DNA from: Pseudomonadota bacterium
GTDB lineage: Bacteria > Campylobacterota > Campylobacteria > Campylobacterales > Sulfurimonadaceae
Assembly (NCBI GenBank): GCA_043797085.1
Contig: JAZDQA010000008.1
Location: forward strand, 138,814-202,813
Reading direction: 5' to 3'
Length of the DNA: 64,000 nucleotides
A model generated the notes under the pieces. That model had not been told where the DNA came from. It saw only the letters and a program-made list of their open reading frames with translations, and ran no database searches. Made by a program: the position numbers and the translations under genes. How positions within the stretch are numbered: the first letter of the stretch is position 1; the number at the start of each line of letters is the position of its first letter. Positions 31,605 to 42,252 of the stretch are shown piece by piece.

Positions 31605-33074
31605 ATGGGTCCAGAAACACTAGAAGCTAAACAAAAAGCGGCCATTGAAGAGATCTTAAAAGCGTATCCTGAGAAAGCGGCGAAAAACCGTGAAAAACAT
31701 CTCGGTGTCGGATCTCCAAATGATGAAAATCAAAAAACGTGCGGTGATGTCCGTTCAAACAAAAAAACCGTTCCCGGAGTTATGAGCCAACGCGGTTGTG
31801 CTTATGCAGGTTCTAAAGGGGTTGTATGGGGTCCGATCAAAGATATGATTCATATCTCTCACGGTCCTATCGGGTGTGGTCAATATAGCCGTGCAGGTCG
31901 TCGTAACTATTATATCGGTGTAACCGGTGTTGATACGTTCGTAACGATGAACTTTAGCTCGGATTTCCAAGAGAACAACATCGTTTTCGGTGGAGACAAA
32001 AAATTGGGTAAATGTATCGATGAAATCGAAGAACTTTTCCCATTGAATAACGGTATCTCTGTTCAATCAGAATGTCCAATCGGTTTGATCGGGGATGATA
32101 TCAACGCGGTAGCAAAAATGAAAGCGAAAGAGATCGGTAAAACGATCGTTCCTGTAAACTGTGAAGGTTTCCGTGGGGTTTCTCAATCACTTGGTCACCA
32201 CATCGCAAATGACACGATTCGTGACTATATCTTTGATGGCGATTTGAGTCACATCGATATCAGTGATGTGACACCGACTGAGTATGACGTTGCGATCATC
32301 GGGGACTACAACATCGGTGGTGACACATGGTCAAGCCGTATCCTTCTCGAAGAGATGGGTCTACGTGTTGTAGCACAATGGTCAGGCGATGCGACAATGA
32401 AAGAGATGGCATTGACACCTAAAGTTAAATTGAACTTGCTTCACTGCTACCGTTCAATGAACTACATCAGCCGTCACATGGAAAAAGAGTTCGGGATTCC
32501 TTGGATCGAATATAACTTCTTTGGACCATCACAAACCATCAAATCACTTCGCAAAATTGCGTCGTTCTTTGACGAGAGCATCCAAGCTAAATGTGAAGAA
32601 GTTATCGCTAAATATCAACCAATGATCGATGCGGTTATTGCAAAATATAAACCTCGTCTCGAAGGTAAAACAGTAATGTTGTTCGTCGGCGGTCTTCGTC
32701 CTCGTCACGTTATCGGTGCTTACGAAGATTTAGGTATGGAAGTAATCGGAACAGGATATGAGTTCGCTCATGATGATGACTACAAACGTACTAAAGAAGA
32801 GATCTTCCGTTCAACTGTTATCTACGATGACGTTAACGAGTATGAGCTTGAAGCATTTGTAAAAAAACTTCAACCTGACCTAGTAGCTTCTGGGATCAAA
32901 GAGAAGTATGTATTCCAAAAAATGGGTCTTCCGTATCGTCAGATGCACTCATGGGATTACAGCGGACCTTACCACGGGTACGACGGATTTGCGATTTTCG
33001 CACAAGATATGGATTTAGCAATTAATTCACCTGTATGGGCGCACTCAAAAGCACCATGGGAAAAGGAAGGTTGA
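31605..33074 (+). CDS. nifD: Nitrogenase MoFe protein alpha chain
   Basis: [36 protein letters not shown] (FeMo-co Cys), GGLRPRH, QMHSWDY (FeMo-co His). Confidence 0.99.
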   Translation: MGPETLEAKQKAAIEEILKAYPEKAAKNREKHLGVGSPNDENQKTCGDVRSNKKTVPGVMSQRGCAYAGSKGVVWGPIKDMIHISHGPIGCGQYSRAGRRNYYIGVTGVDTFVTMNFSSDFQENNIVFGGDKKLGKCIDEIEELFPLNNGISVQSECPIGLIGDDINAVAKMKAKEIGKTIVPVNCEGFRGVSQSLGHHIANDTIRDYIFDGDLSHIDISDVTPTEYDVAIIGDYNIGGDTWSSRILLEEMGLRVVAQWSGDATMKEMALTPKVKLNLLHCYRSMNYISRHMEKEFGIPWIEYNFFGPSQTIKSLRKIASFFDESIQAKCEEVIAKYQPMIDAVIAKYKPRLEGKTVMLFVGGLRPRHVIGAYEDLGMEVIGTGYEFAHDDDYKRTKEEIFRSTVIYDDVNEYELEAFVKKLQPDLVASGIKEKYVFQKMGLPYRQMHSWDYSGPYHGYDGFAIFAQDMDLAINSPVWAHSKAPWEKEG

Positions 33075-33078
33075 GACT

Positions 33079-34623
33079 ATGCAAGAAGTAGAAAAAATTG
33101 TAAACGGGAAAGACCTGTTTAAACGCCCTGAGTACAAAGAAGTACTCGCAAACAAAAAACAATTCGAATCGTCTATGCTCGCAATCAACCCTGCGAAAGT
33201 AGATGAAATCGCTGAGTGGACTAAATCATGGGATTACCGTGAGAAAAACTTGGCCCGTGAAGCGGTTACCGTCAATCCTGCAAAAGCATGTCAGCCTCTT
33301 GGGGCTGTTATGGTTGCACTCGGGTTTGAGGGTACTATGCCTTACGTTCATGGTTCTCATGGATGTGTTGCGTATTTCCGTTCATACTTTACCAAACACT
33401 TCAAAGAGCCGACTCCATGTGTTTCTGACTCTATGACTGAAGATGCTGCGGTATTCGGTGGATTGGTGAATATGAAAGAGGGTCTTAAAAACTGTGCAGC
33501 AGTGTATAAACCTAAAATGATCGCGGTTTCTACTACTTGTATGGCAGAAGTTATCGGGGATGATTTACAAGCGTTTATCATTGCGGCTAAAGAAGAAGAT
33601 AAAGGTGAGTTTTTAGCAGCTGATTATCCAATTCCTTATGCACATACTCCTTCATTCGTAGGAAGTCATATCACTGGATATGACAACATGATGCACGGTA
33701 TCATGTCACAGCTTACAGAAGGACAAAAAGGTGAAACAAAACAACGTATCAACATCATCCCTGGTTTTGAAACGTATATCGGAAGCCTTCGTTCAGTAAA
33801 AACTATCGTAGAAGCGTTCGGCACAGACTATATCATGTTGGGTGACCACTCTGATCAATGGGATATGCCTGCCGGTAACTATGAAATGTTCCAAGGCGGA
33901 ACAAAATTGGATGATGCAAAAGATTGTATCAATTCAAGTGCAACTATCAGTTTGCAAAAATATGCAACGGCTAAAACCATGAAAATGGTCGAAAAACGTT
34001 GGAAACATGCAGGTGGATTCTCTAACCCAGTCGGTCTCAAAGGGACAGATGAGTTCGTTATGAAACTTGCAGAATTAACAGGAACCGAAGTTCCACAAAA
34101 ACTCAAAGTAGAGCGCGGCCGTTTGGTTGATGCTATGCAAGATAGCTATCCGTACATGCACGGTAAAAAATTCGCTATCTGGGGTGATCCTGACTTCCTA
34201 ATCGGTGCAGTATCATTCCTTCTTGAGATGGGTGCTGAGCCTACTCACGTTCTTTGTCACAATGCACCAAACGGTTGGGAAGCAGAGATGAGAGCAATGC
34301 TCGATACTTCTCCTGCAAAAGACAGTTTGAATGTATGGGCTGGTAAAGATTTATGGGCAATGCGTTCACTTCTCTTCACTGAGCCTGTTGATTTCATGAT
34401 CGGTAACAGCTACGGTAAAGAGTTGATGCGTGACACTGGTACTCCGTTGATCTACATCGGATTCCCAATCTTTGACCGTCACCACCTACACCGTTACTCT
34501 ATCAGCGGGTACGATGGAGCGTTGAACCTTCTTACTTGGATCACGAACAAAGTTCTTGACCAATTGGATGAAGATACCAAAGGTATCGCAACAACTGACT
34601 ATTTCTTCGACCTCGTTCGCTAA
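33079..34623 (+). CDS. nifK: Nitrogenase MoFe protein beta chain
   Basis: NPAKACQPLGA, HGSHGCVAYFR, TTCMAEVIGDD, HTPSF, GFPIFDRH, C-terminal DLVR. Confidence 0.99.
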   Translation: MQEVEKIVNGKDLFKRPEYKEVLANKKQFESSMLAINPAKVDEIAEWTKSWDYREKNLAREAVTVNPAKACQPLGAVMVALGFEGTMPYVHGSHGCVAYFRSYFTKHFKEPTPCVSDSMTEDAAVFGGLVNMKEGLKNCAAVYKPKMIAVSTTCMAEVIGDDLQAFIIAAKEEDKGEFLAADYPIPYAHTPSFVGSHITGYDNMMHGIMSQLTEGQKGETKQRINIIPGFETYIGSLRSVKTIVEAFGTDYIMLGDHSDQWDMPAGNYEMFQGGTKLDDAKDCINSSATISLQKYATAKTMKMVEKRWKHAGGFSNPVGLKGTDEFVMKLAELTGTEVPQKLKVERGRLVDAMQDSYPYMHGKKFAIWGDPDFLIGAVSFLLEMGAEPTHVLCHNAPNGWEAEMRAMLDTSPAKDSLNVWAGKDLWAMRSLLFTEPVDFMIGNSYGKELMRDTGTPLIYIGFPIFDRHHLHRYSISGYDGALNLLTWITNKVLDQLDEDTKGIATTDYFFDLVR

Positions 34624-34670
34624 AAAATCCCCTTCTCCGGGGGAACTAATTTCATTGATTCTCGTCACTT

Positions 34671-34690
34671 TCTCCCTTCGGGGAGATTTT
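34671..34690 (+). terminator. Rho-independent terminator after nifK
   Basis: TCTCCC-TTCG-GGGAGA followed by a T run; another hairpin at about 34628-34644. Confidence 0.75.
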
Positions 34691-34737
34691 TGGTTGAATA
34701 TTCTTAGGAATGTTGAGTCAAACAAAGAGGAAAATTT

Positions 34738-34926
34738 ATGGCAGACGTTCACGAAAAAATCAAAGAGCAGCTTATGGTTGAAATTTATGCGAGTATCGAT
34801 CGTATCTACGACTCAATCGAGCAGCATTTTGAGTTGGATGAAACACGACGTGATAATGTTATCAAACATCTCAACACGCTCAAAGACGAACTGTATTTTG
34901 TGGTTCAGACGACACCATTGTCTTAA
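34738..34926 (+). CDS. Small hypothetical protein (62 aa)
   Basis: AGAGG RBS; amphipathic helical sequence. Confidence 0.55.
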   Translation: MADVHEKIKEQLMVEIYASIDRIYDSIEQHFELDETRRDNVIKHLNTLKDELYFVVQTTPLS

Positions 34927-35162
34927 AGTGATTCTTCGTCTTCAAATTCTTGAAATGCTTCGCTAAGGTCAGAGGGCTTGACAATCTCATTCTCCATCTT
35001 CTCAGCATATTCAGCTTCTTCAACTTTTGCATGCGCTTCTTCGACATAATCAATAAATGTTTCGATATCTTGCTGGGGTTGATAAAATTGTGCATACCCC
35101 AACGCAATATCTATAAATTCTGTTCCACACCCATAATTCACTAATTGCTGTTTTAAATCCAT
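34923..35162 (-). CDS. Small acidic hypothetical protein (79 aa)
   Basis: GAGG RBS; convergent with and overlapping the previous ORF at the stop codons. Confidence 0.55.
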   Translation of the reverse strand: MDLKQQLVNYGCGTEFIDIALGYAQFYQPQQDIETFIDYVEEAHAKVEEAEYAEKMENEIVKPSDLSEAFQEFEDEESL

Positions 35163-35235
35163 AATAGTTACCTCTTCTTTTAATTCGCGGTATTATAAAC
35201 AAGAACAGTTGAAATACCAATGTCTTAGAAATAAG

Positions 35236-35787
35236 TTACTTTTCTTTTAGATCATCTCGAAGTTTTGGGAGTTCTTTGCGATAACGTTCACCGTCTCCGT
35301 AAGGGGTAAATTTAAAGTAATGGGCGTGGTGAAAGCGCAGTTTGCGTGCGTGTCGAATCGGGCACCAAAATTGTTCTGTTCGTGCGATTATTTCAGTCGT
35401 ATAAGCCAAAAGACCGCTAAAGTATGAGCAATAAAAGCAGTTAATTTTTTCAACAATATTTAGAAATTCCAAGCTTGCACGATCAAAGGCAAAATACTCT
35501 TTACGCACAACCGGGTTGATCTTATAGACCCGAAAATTGATCATTTGATAGACAAACAAGAAAAATTCCAAAATAAATGCAGGGATGATACCGGCATAGA
35601 TAATAGGAGCTGTCAAAAGATGCAGTAACGGTGCGCGAGCTAAATAAACAAGCAAATTGACTTTAAACTTCTTTTGTGCAGCTAGAAGATCGCGTGAAAG
35701 CTTTTGCTCTTCTTTATCTATTTCTTTCAACAGGTTCTCTTCCAGAAGACGCATTGCAAGGAAAAGTTCATCTATTTTTGAGTTCAT
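35236..35787 (-). CDS. Hypothetical membrane protein with CxYCxY...WCPIxH motif
   Basis: Hydrophobic segment, then KINCFYCSY and TEQFWCPIRHA. Confidence 0.7.
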   Translation of the reverse strand: MNSKIDELFLAMRLLEENLLKEIDKEEQKLSRDLLAAQKKFKVNLLVYLARAPLLHLLTAPIIYAGIIPAFILEFFLFVYQMINFRVYKINPVVRKEYFAFDRASLEFLNIVEKINCFYCSYFSGLLAYTTEIIARTEQFWCPIRHARKLRFHHAHYFKFTPYGDGERYRKELPKLRDDLKEK

Positions 35788-35859
35788 GAAGTATCTTTGA
35801 ATCTAGGATACATAATACTATCAGGTGAACCCTCAAAGCCTTATGATTTTAGAAAATAA

Positions 35860-36357
35860 CTAGCGAATCAATATTTTCTTTGCTGTTTTCTTTCCATTTT
35901 TTGGAATGGTTATTATTAATGATCCTTTTTTAAAAACAGCATCTATTTTATTAATATCAGCATTTTCGGGTAAGACGATACTTTGATGATAAGAGCTATA
36001 CGATTGTTGTGATTTATTTTTTATTTTTTCTTTAACATTTCGTTCGGCAGCAATGACGAGCACATTGTTTACGACATTGATGAAAATGTCTTTTTTTTCG
36101 ATATCAGGTAAGAAAACATTAATGGTGTAAAATTTACCGGTTTCTTTGAAACTCATGGATGATTGATAATGAAGGGTAGGATGAACAAGAATTGAACGGC
36201 TAAATATTTCATCAATATTAGGAAACCACAACCCTTGACATTCGTATTCATTGGGTATTGCCGGTTCTTTGGCAGCAAAGGCAACGGAAGATGTTGCCAG
36301 TACTGTCATGAGAAGACTGGATAGAAGGACATTTTTTATTATAGAATGTGCATACAT
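35860..36357 (-). CDS. Hsp20/alpha-crystallin protein with N-terminal signal peptide
   Basis: LPDIEKKDI, LPENADINKIDAVFKKGSLIITIPK; hydrophobic leader ending in AFA. Confidence 0.8.
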   Translation of the reverse strand: MYAHSIIKNVLLSSLLMTVLATSSVAFAAKEPAIPNEYECQGLWFPNIDEIFSRSILVHPTLHYQSSMSFKETGKFYTINVFLPDIEKKDIFINVVNNVLVIAAERNVKEKIKNKSQQSYSSYHQSIVLPENADINKIDAVFKKGSLIITIPKNGKKTAKKILIR

Positions 36358-36442
36358 TGTTATTCCTCCACTTATTATGTAATATCAAATTGTAAATTAG
36401 TGAAATTAGATTTTTATGAGATAAGTCTATGGCAGTGTAAAT

Positions 36443-37057
36443 TTATGTGATAAGCGGAACGAAACGAAAGCCCGGTAATTCATAGACGTTTATTTCACCG
36501 TTGATTTCTTTTGTAATACGCCAAACGCTCTCTAAAATAGGAATAACCAGCACTCCAACGGGTTTGAGCTGATTTAATAATGCCATTGGCATATCCTCAG
36601 CACTTGCAGAGACGAGGATACGGTCATACAGATGTCCTGGTTTTCCAAGAACAGAGGCTTTTGCCAATTCAATCGATGCATTGTCAATATGCGCCTTCTT
36701 TAAATTTTTTTGACCATATTCCACGAGAGAGGGGATACGCTCAATCCCTTCCACAAATCCATCTTTACCGACTGCTGTTGCTAAAAGGGCGGTTGTCCAT
36801 CCTGAACCTGAACCAATATCTAAGATCTTGTCACCTTGTTTAGGCTGTAAAAGTTCCAGCATAATCGAGACGGTGGTGGGTTGAGAAATAGTTTGTCCTA
36901 TACCGATTGGCAGAGGGTAATCTCCGTAGATATCATCCAATGACCTTTCAGGGACAAAAAGACTACGGTCACATTTGCGAAATGCTTTTATCAGCACAGG
37001 GGAGTGAAGAACACCTGAGTTAATGAGATGATTAATAAGTTCTGTATTGCTGTTCAT
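36443..37057 (-). CDS. pcm: Protein-L-isoaspartate O-methyltransferase
   Basis: PLPIGIGQTISQP, LDIGSGSGW, YDRILVSA, FRFVPL. Confidence 0.9.
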   Translation of the reverse strand: MNSNTELINHLINSGVLHSPVLIKAFRKCDRSLFVPERSLDDIYGDYPLPIGIGQTISQPTTVSIMLELLQPKQGDKILDIGSGSGWTTALLATAVGKDGFVEGIERIPSLVEYGQKNLKKAHIDNASIELAKASVLGKPGHLYDRILVSASAEDMPMALLNQLKPVGVLVIPILESVWRITKEINGEINVYELPGFRFVPLIT

Positions 37058-37082
37058 CGTATTGCAATTCTACTGAATATGT

Positions 37083-37421
37083 TTAGACATGAACAACGGT
37101 TCTTGCTGATGGATTGGCTATCAATCGCTCAATGGGAATCTTTTTGGCGGTTTTTTCACATATACCGTAAACTCCCGATTTGATACGATTTAATGCCGCA
37201 TCAATCTCGGCTAATTCTGTTTCAAGCCTATGCAAAAGTGCTTGATCGGAAGTGTTGTCGATTTGCAATTGCGCCATATCTTCGATATCATCAATATCAT
37301 CATCAATGACAAGCGCATCGATTTCCGCTTTTAAAGTGTCAATATTACTAAGGACTTTTTTCTTATCTGCAAGGAGAATTTTTTCAAAAACCTTGTGGTT
37401 TAAATCATTTCTGGTGCTCAT
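37083..37421 (-). CDS. DksA/TraR-family RNA polymerase-binding protein, single-Cys type
   Basis: Coiled coil with DIED tip, IDAALNRI..GVYGICEKT..IPIERLIANP.ART. Confidence 0.8.
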   Translation of the reverse strand: MSTRNDLNHKVFEKILLADKKKVLSNIDTLKAEIDALVIDDDIDDIEDMAQLQIDNTSDQALLHRLETELAEIDAALNRIKSGVYGICEKTAKKIPIERLIANPSARTVVHV

Positions 37422-37445
37422 TTTTTATCCTTTTTCGGTTAAATT

Positions 37446-38471
37446 TTACTGCCAAATACCATGAAGCGGATAAGCACATGCAGGGCACTGATTGTTATTG
37501 ACTAAATGGTTCGTTACATACTGTCCAATATGGCCGTGACGGTCGATGACCAGCATCCCGCATTTCGGACAGTAGGTTGATTCTCTTGCCTCATCATCAA
37601 TGTTTCCGACATACACATACTTTAATCCAACGTCTTTGCCGATATCATAGGCACGTCGGAGTGTTTGAGCGGGTGTACGAGGAACATTTAACATTTTATA
37701 CATCGGATGGAAGGCACTGATGTGCCATGGCATGTTTGTATCAAGATTCGCTTGAAATTGGGCAATTGAGCGAATCTCTTCATCCGAATCGTTGTATCCC
37801 GAAATGAGCAGAGTTGTTGTCTCTATCCATATCCCTTTTTTGTGGGCGTATTCGATCGTATCCAGCACAGGCTTGAGAGATGCACCGCAAATGTCTTTGT
37901 AAAATGACTGACTATATCCTTTAATATCAATATTCATACCATCCAAATAAGGAGCTATGGTATCGATGGCTTTGTGCGTTTCATACCCGCTGGTGACGTA
38001 GATGTTTTTTAAACCTGCTTCATGCGCGAGTTTCGCGGTATCGTAGGTGTATTCGAAAAAGACAACCGGTTCATTGTACGTGTATGCAATGCTTTTACAG
38101 CCGTTTTTAAGTGCAAAATCAACGGCTCGCTGAGGAGACAAAGGATGCCCGATTATTTCGTGATTATGCTCTTTCGGATATTGCGAAATATCGGCGTTTT
38201 GACAAAATTTACAGGATAAATTACACCCGACCGTTCCAAATGAAAAAACGCTTGAACCGGGTAAAAAATGAAACATCGGTTTTTTCTCTATCGGGTCGAC
38301 ATTAACCGCTGCTGCAAGTCCATACGTCAGCAAATAAAGCTCACCGTTTTCGACTTTACGAATCCCGCAAATACCGTATTCGCCTTCGTTTAGTATGCAG
38401 TGCTGATTGCATGCCTCACACGCGATCCTGCCATCGTCTAGTTTTTTGGACAGCCATGCTATGGATGACAT
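37446..38471 (-). CDS. amrS: AmmeMemoRadiSam system radical SAM enzyme
   Basis: CEACNQHC..GICGIR, DPIEKKPMFHF, GCNLSCKFCQN, AYTYNEP, VYVGN, C-terminal CPKC/CPAC. Confidence 0.9.
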   Translation of the reverse strand: MSSIAWLSKKLDDGRIACEACNQHCILNEGEYGICGIRKVENGELYLLTYGLAAAVNVDPIEKKPMFHFLPGSSVFSFGTVGCNLSCKFCQNADISQYPKEHNHEIIGHPLSPQRAVDFALKNGCKSIAYTYNEPVVFFEYTYDTAKLAHEAGLKNIYVTSGYETHKAIDTIAPYLDGMNIDIKGYSQSFYKDICGASLKPVLDTIEYAHKKGIWIETTTLLISGYNDSDEEIRSIAQFQANLDTNMPWHISAFHPMYKMLNVPRTPAQTLRRAYDIGKDVGLKYVYVGNIDDEARESTYCPKCGMLVIDRHGHIGQYVTNHLVNNNQCPACAYPLHGIWQ

Positions 38472-38498
38472 TTGGACCCCTTTAAAAAAATATCTGCG

Positions 38499-38930
38499 TT
38501 ATTTTGTAAAATGTTCCAATAACTGATCATCAGGAGTTTTGGTCAAATCCGAATGAAGGTTTATAAACATCGTCATTTTGACTTTTGGATTCAGTAATTC
38601 GACTATTTGCTTATTGATGGCTTTAGGTGCCGCAAAATACCAGGATAATGGTGCATGCTGTTCAATCGTTTTGTTGATTTGGTCTGCGATATCTTTAATA
38701 CGGCGATGCTCTTCTTCCAGTTCTATATTATGATCTTCCCCTGATCCGCTGGCACCGAAACCTTTAAAATTCCCCTGCTGATCTGAAACTTTTTCTCTCA
38801 ATCGCTGATGTATATCGAGGCTTTCACTCCCTTCCATGAGTTCAACGGCTTCTCTTCCTAGCGGATCTTCTTTGGTAACAAAGAGTTTAAAACGCTGTAA
38901 ATCAGCTACGATAATAAGTTTTGATGACAT
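38499..38930 (-). CDS. Host-attachment protein (Host_attach / baeRF-related)
   Basis: IIVADL.RFKLF, SDQQG.F, FAAPK, DLTK motifs; GGGAG RBS before ATG 38930. Confidence 0.75.
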   Translation of the reverse strand: MSSKLIIVADLQRFKLFVTKEDPLGREAVELMEGSESLDIHQRLREKVSDQQGNFKGFGASGSGEDHNIELEEEHRRIKDIADQINKTIEQHAPLSWYFAAPKAINKQIVELLNPKVKMTMFINLHSDLTKTPDDQLLEHFTK

Positions 38931-38994
38931 GATAACTCCCTTCTTCATTAAGTTTATTTATCGTAACAATAATTAATGAGCAAAATATGATTTT

Positions 38995-39240
38995 TTATCT
39001 CTGATGCAGTGAAAAATACCCCACCATATGCTCCAGTGTATCGACTTTTGCATAATCGGATTCGGGAACTTCGACTCCTAGTATCTCACTTAAAGCCGTT
39101 AATATTTTTAAAAAATCGAACGAATCGATTTCCAATGAACGCTGAATATTATTATCGGGAATAATTTGAGCTTCGTCAATATCAGGGGCAATTTCTAATA
39201 TTTGTTCGATGATAGCGGATTTTATTTGCTCTTGGTTCAT
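38995..39240 (-). CDS. Acyl carrier protein (phosphopantetheine-binding)
   Basis: LEIDSFDF (DS phosphopantetheine site), LGVEVPESDY. Confidence 0.85.
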   Translation of the reverse strand: MNQEQIKSAIIEQILEIAPDIDEAQIIPDNNIQRSLEIDSFDFLKILTALSEILGVEVPESDYAKVDTLEHMVGYFSLHQR

Positions 39241-40313
39241 AGTAGCTCCTGTGGGTGTTGTAATAGATCGTTTAGTTTTTCCAGAAACTTTGCACCGGTT
39301 CGTCCATCTGTGGCGCGGTGGTCCCCTGCGAGTGTTGCCTTCATCACTTTACGTACACACAGAGCATCTCCCTCTGCCCATGGAGTGTCTAAAATACGCC
39401 CCAGCCCAACAAGAGCAATCTGTGGCGGATAGATAACACCGGATACGCTCTCTACGCCTAAATCTCCGAGATTGGTGATTGTGATAGTTTGCTGAGTGAT
39501 CTCAGTGTTTCTCAATTTTCCTGATCGGGTGCGTGTGATTAGATCATCAAGCTGATGCATTGTTTCATCCAGTCCCATCGTATCGGCAGCTAAAAGAGCC
39601 GGAGTAATCAGTCCCTCTTTGCGTAAAGCTATGGCGATTGCGGGATTAATCTCAGTCATGATTTTGGGAGCATCATTTTCCCAAAACCCGTTGAGTTCAG
39701 GGACTGTTTTAAGAGAAAGTACGACGGCACGAATCAGCAAGGCAGCGGGGAGAATCCGCTCTTTGATACCTCTGGCAGCATTGAGAGTTTCAAGCCAGTG
39801 GAGTGCCGGTGTCATGTTGATGGAGGTGGTGAGATAATAGTGGGGAATTTCGGCATTGGAACGGCTCATGGCACGAGCAATGGCCTGACGCATAGCACTC
39901 GTTTGGGGAGAATTGTCGAGCTTTTTTGAACTAGCTTCTACTTCAGCCAGTCCGACTCCCCTTGTATCGGAGGCTAAATCGGCAAGTTCGATTCCCAGCT
40001 CTTTTGCTTTTTTCCTTGCGGCAGGGGAGGCTTTTATTCGTTGGCTTTGGGGAACATCTTGTGTGATAGGTGTTTCTCCCTCAGCACGGATGATTGCCAA
40101 CGGGGTGCCAACTGTGCATTCTGTCTCCTCGTTTACGAGAATCTTTTCGATAATTCCCTCTTCGAATATTTCTATTTCTATGACTCCTTTACTCGTTTCC
40201 ACCTCTGCGACAACTTGTCCTTTGGTGACGTGATCTCCCTCTTTTATATGCCATTGCATCAATACAGCAGATTCCATGTCGGCACCCAAGCTGGGCATTA
40301 CAAAGTTGCTCAT
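39237..40313 (-). CDS. pdhC: 2-oxoacid (pyruvate) dehydrogenase E2 dihydrolipoamide acyltransferase
   Basis: [13 protein letters not shown] lipoyl Lys, ASPAARK E3-binding domain, IPHYY, DHRATDG. Confidence 0.9.
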   Translation of the reverse strand: MSNFVMPSLGADMESAVLMQWHIKEGDHVTKGQVVAEVETSKGVIEIEIFEEGIIEKILVNEETECTVGTPLAIIRAEGETPITQDVPQSQRIKASPAARKKAKELGIELADLASDTRGVGLAEVEASSKKLDNSPQTSAMRQAIARAMSRSNAEIPHYYLTTSINMTPALHWLETLNAARGIKERILPAALLIRAVVLSLKTVPELNGFWENDAPKIMTEINPAIAIALRKEGLITPALLAADTMGLDETMHQLDDLITRTRSGKLRNTEITQQTITITNLGDLGVESVSGVIYPPQIALVGLGRILDTPWAEGDALCVRKVMKATLAGDHRATDGRTGAKFLEKLNDLLQHPQELL

Positions 40314-41293
40314 GATTTCTCCATTAGTTTTTTAGCCATCGCCACAATCTTATACGGTTGCGGGAGGGCAGCATCTTCGAGATGTTTGGGATAGGGCATG
40401 GGTATATCAACCGTACATACCCGCTCCATCGGGGCATCAAGTTCAAAAAAAATCTGTTCGTTGATTCGTGCCATAATCTCAGCCGAAATGCTTCCCGATT
40501 TCCATCCCTCATCAACAATCATGACACGGTGGGTTTTTGTCACCGATTTCATGATACTTTCATCATCTAAAGGGCGAAGAGAACGCAAATCGATTACTTC
40601 AGCATCAATTCCATCAGTCGCTAGAGTTTTCGCCGCCTCAAGTGCTTTGAAGAGGCTGCTTCCGTAGGTTAAAATGGTTAGATCTTTGCCTTCTCGCTGT
40701 ATTTGTGCTTTTCCAATAGCCAAGGGAAGGGCTTGGGTATCTAGTTCCCCTTTAGAATTGTAAAGGATCGCGCTCTCAAAAATCAGTACCGGATCAGGAT
40801 CTGCAAGCGCCAAACCTAGCATATCATGTGCATCTTGTATGGTTGCAGGGGTTAGTACTTTTAGTCCGGGGATATGCGCATACCAGCCTTCCAGAGAATG
40901 AGAGTGTTGTGCAGCGAGCTGGTTGCCTCCTCCGGTTGCCATTCGGATGACCAGCGGAACATTAAACTGACCTCCCGACATCTCCAAAAATGTTGCTGCA
41001 TTGTTCATGATTTGATCAAGTGCCAAGAGGCTGAAGTTGACCGTCATAATCTCGACTATGGGTCGCATTCCGCCCAAAGCAGCACCGATACCCGCACCGG
41101 TAAATGCCGACTCAGACAAGGGAGTGTCAATAATCCGCTTTGGACCAAAGTGTTGAAAAAGTCCCATACTTACGGCGTAACTTCCTCCATAGCGTCCGAC
41201 ATCTTCGCCCATCAAAAAAACTCGTTCATCGTGTTCCATGGCTTCTCGCAGTGCGAGTCGTACTGCTTTTCGATAGGTCATAATTGAGTTCAT
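40310..41293 (-). CDS. pdhB: Pyruvate dehydrogenase E1 beta subunit
   Basis: [31 protein letters not shown]. Confidence 0.92.
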   Translation of the reverse strand: MNSIMTYRKAVRLALREAMEHDERVFLMGEDVGRYGGSYAVSMGLFQHFGPKRIIDTPLSESAFTGAGIGAALGGMRPIVEIMTVNFSLLALDQIMNNAATFLEMSGGQFNVPLVIRMATGGGNQLAAQHSHSLEGWYAHIPGLKVLTPATIQDAHDMLGLALADPDPVLIFESAILYNSKGELDTQALPLAIGKAQIQREGKDLTILTYGSSLFKALEAAKTLATDGIDAEVIDLRSLRPLDDESIMKSVTKTHRVMIVDEGWKSGSISAEIMARINEQIFFELDAPMERVCTVDIPMPYPKHLEDAALPQPYKIVAMAKKLMEKS

Positions 41294-42240
41294 TGGACAA
41301 CCTCACTGGAGTAAACAAATTTTTCTAAATCTTCGATGGGTTCGAATGTACCGTTTTCGGCAAAGGTTACCGCTTCGTTGATGATGTCGGCAATCTCGAT
41401 TTCATATTTATCAATATCAATATCCTGCCAATGCTGATGCAATAGAATAAGAGGATCTTTTTTCTTCCACTCAGCCACCTCTGTTTTTTCACGGTAAAGT
41501 TCTGCATCAAACATGGAGTGGGCTCGAAAACGGTACGTGAAGTATTCGATAAATATCGGACCATTGCCCAATCGAATTTCTGCAACTGCTTCTTGTGCTG
41601 ATTTTGTGACCTCTGAAATATCCATGCCATCTGCTTGTCGGGAACTGATACGGTAGGATGCTGCCTTTTTAGCAAGATTTGTTTCTGACTGGGTGAACTC
41701 AAGTGCGGTTCCCATCGCGTAGAGGTTATTTTCACAGACGAAGAGAATCGGAAGATGCCATAAAGCGGCTAGATTGAGTGATTCATGAAATTCTCCCTCA
41801 GCTACGGCACCGTCACCGAAAATACATAGGGTAACTCTGTTGCGTTTCATCAGCTTATCTGAGAGAGCCATTCCCACAGCCAAGGGCAAACCACTTGCCA
41901 CAATAGCACTACCGCCGTAAAATCGTGTCGCAACATCAAAAAGGTGCATGGAACCGCCTCTCCCGTGAGAGCATCCTTGCGCTTTACCGTACAACTCCGC
42001 CATGATCTTTTTCGGATCAATTCCGCGTGCGATAGCTTGTCCATGATCTCGATAAGTAGTAAAGATGGCATCTTCAGGGGAGAGAGCATGCATAAGACCC
42101 ACACCAATGGCTTCTTGCCCGATGTACAGATGCAAAAATCCTCTGATTTTCTCTTTACCGTAAAGCTCTATGCATTTTTCTTCAAATCGACGAATCAAAA
42201 GCATCTTTCGATATAACTCATTTGCTAAAACTAAATCCAT
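41290..42240 (-). CDS. pdhA: Pyruvate dehydrogenase E1 alpha subunit
   Basis: [27 protein letters not shown]...ENN TPP motif, [11 protein letters not shown]. Confidence 0.92.
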   Translation of the reverse strand: MDLVLANELYRKMLLIRRFEEKCIELYGKEKIRGFLHLYIGQEAIGVGLMHALSPEDAIFTTYRDHGQAIARGIDPKKIMAELYGKAQGCSHGRGGSMHLFDVATRFYGGSAIVASGLPLAVGMALSDKLMKRNRVTLCIFGDGAVAEGEFHESLNLAALWHLPILFVCENNLYAMGTALEFTQSETNLAKKAASYRISSRQADGMDISEVTKSAQEAVAEIRLGNGPIFIEYFTYRFRAHSMFDAELYREKTEVAEWKKKDPLILLHQHWQDIDIDKYEIEIADIINEAVTFAENGTFEPIEDLEKFVYSSEVVQ

Positions 42241-42252
42241 TTTTAACCCCTT

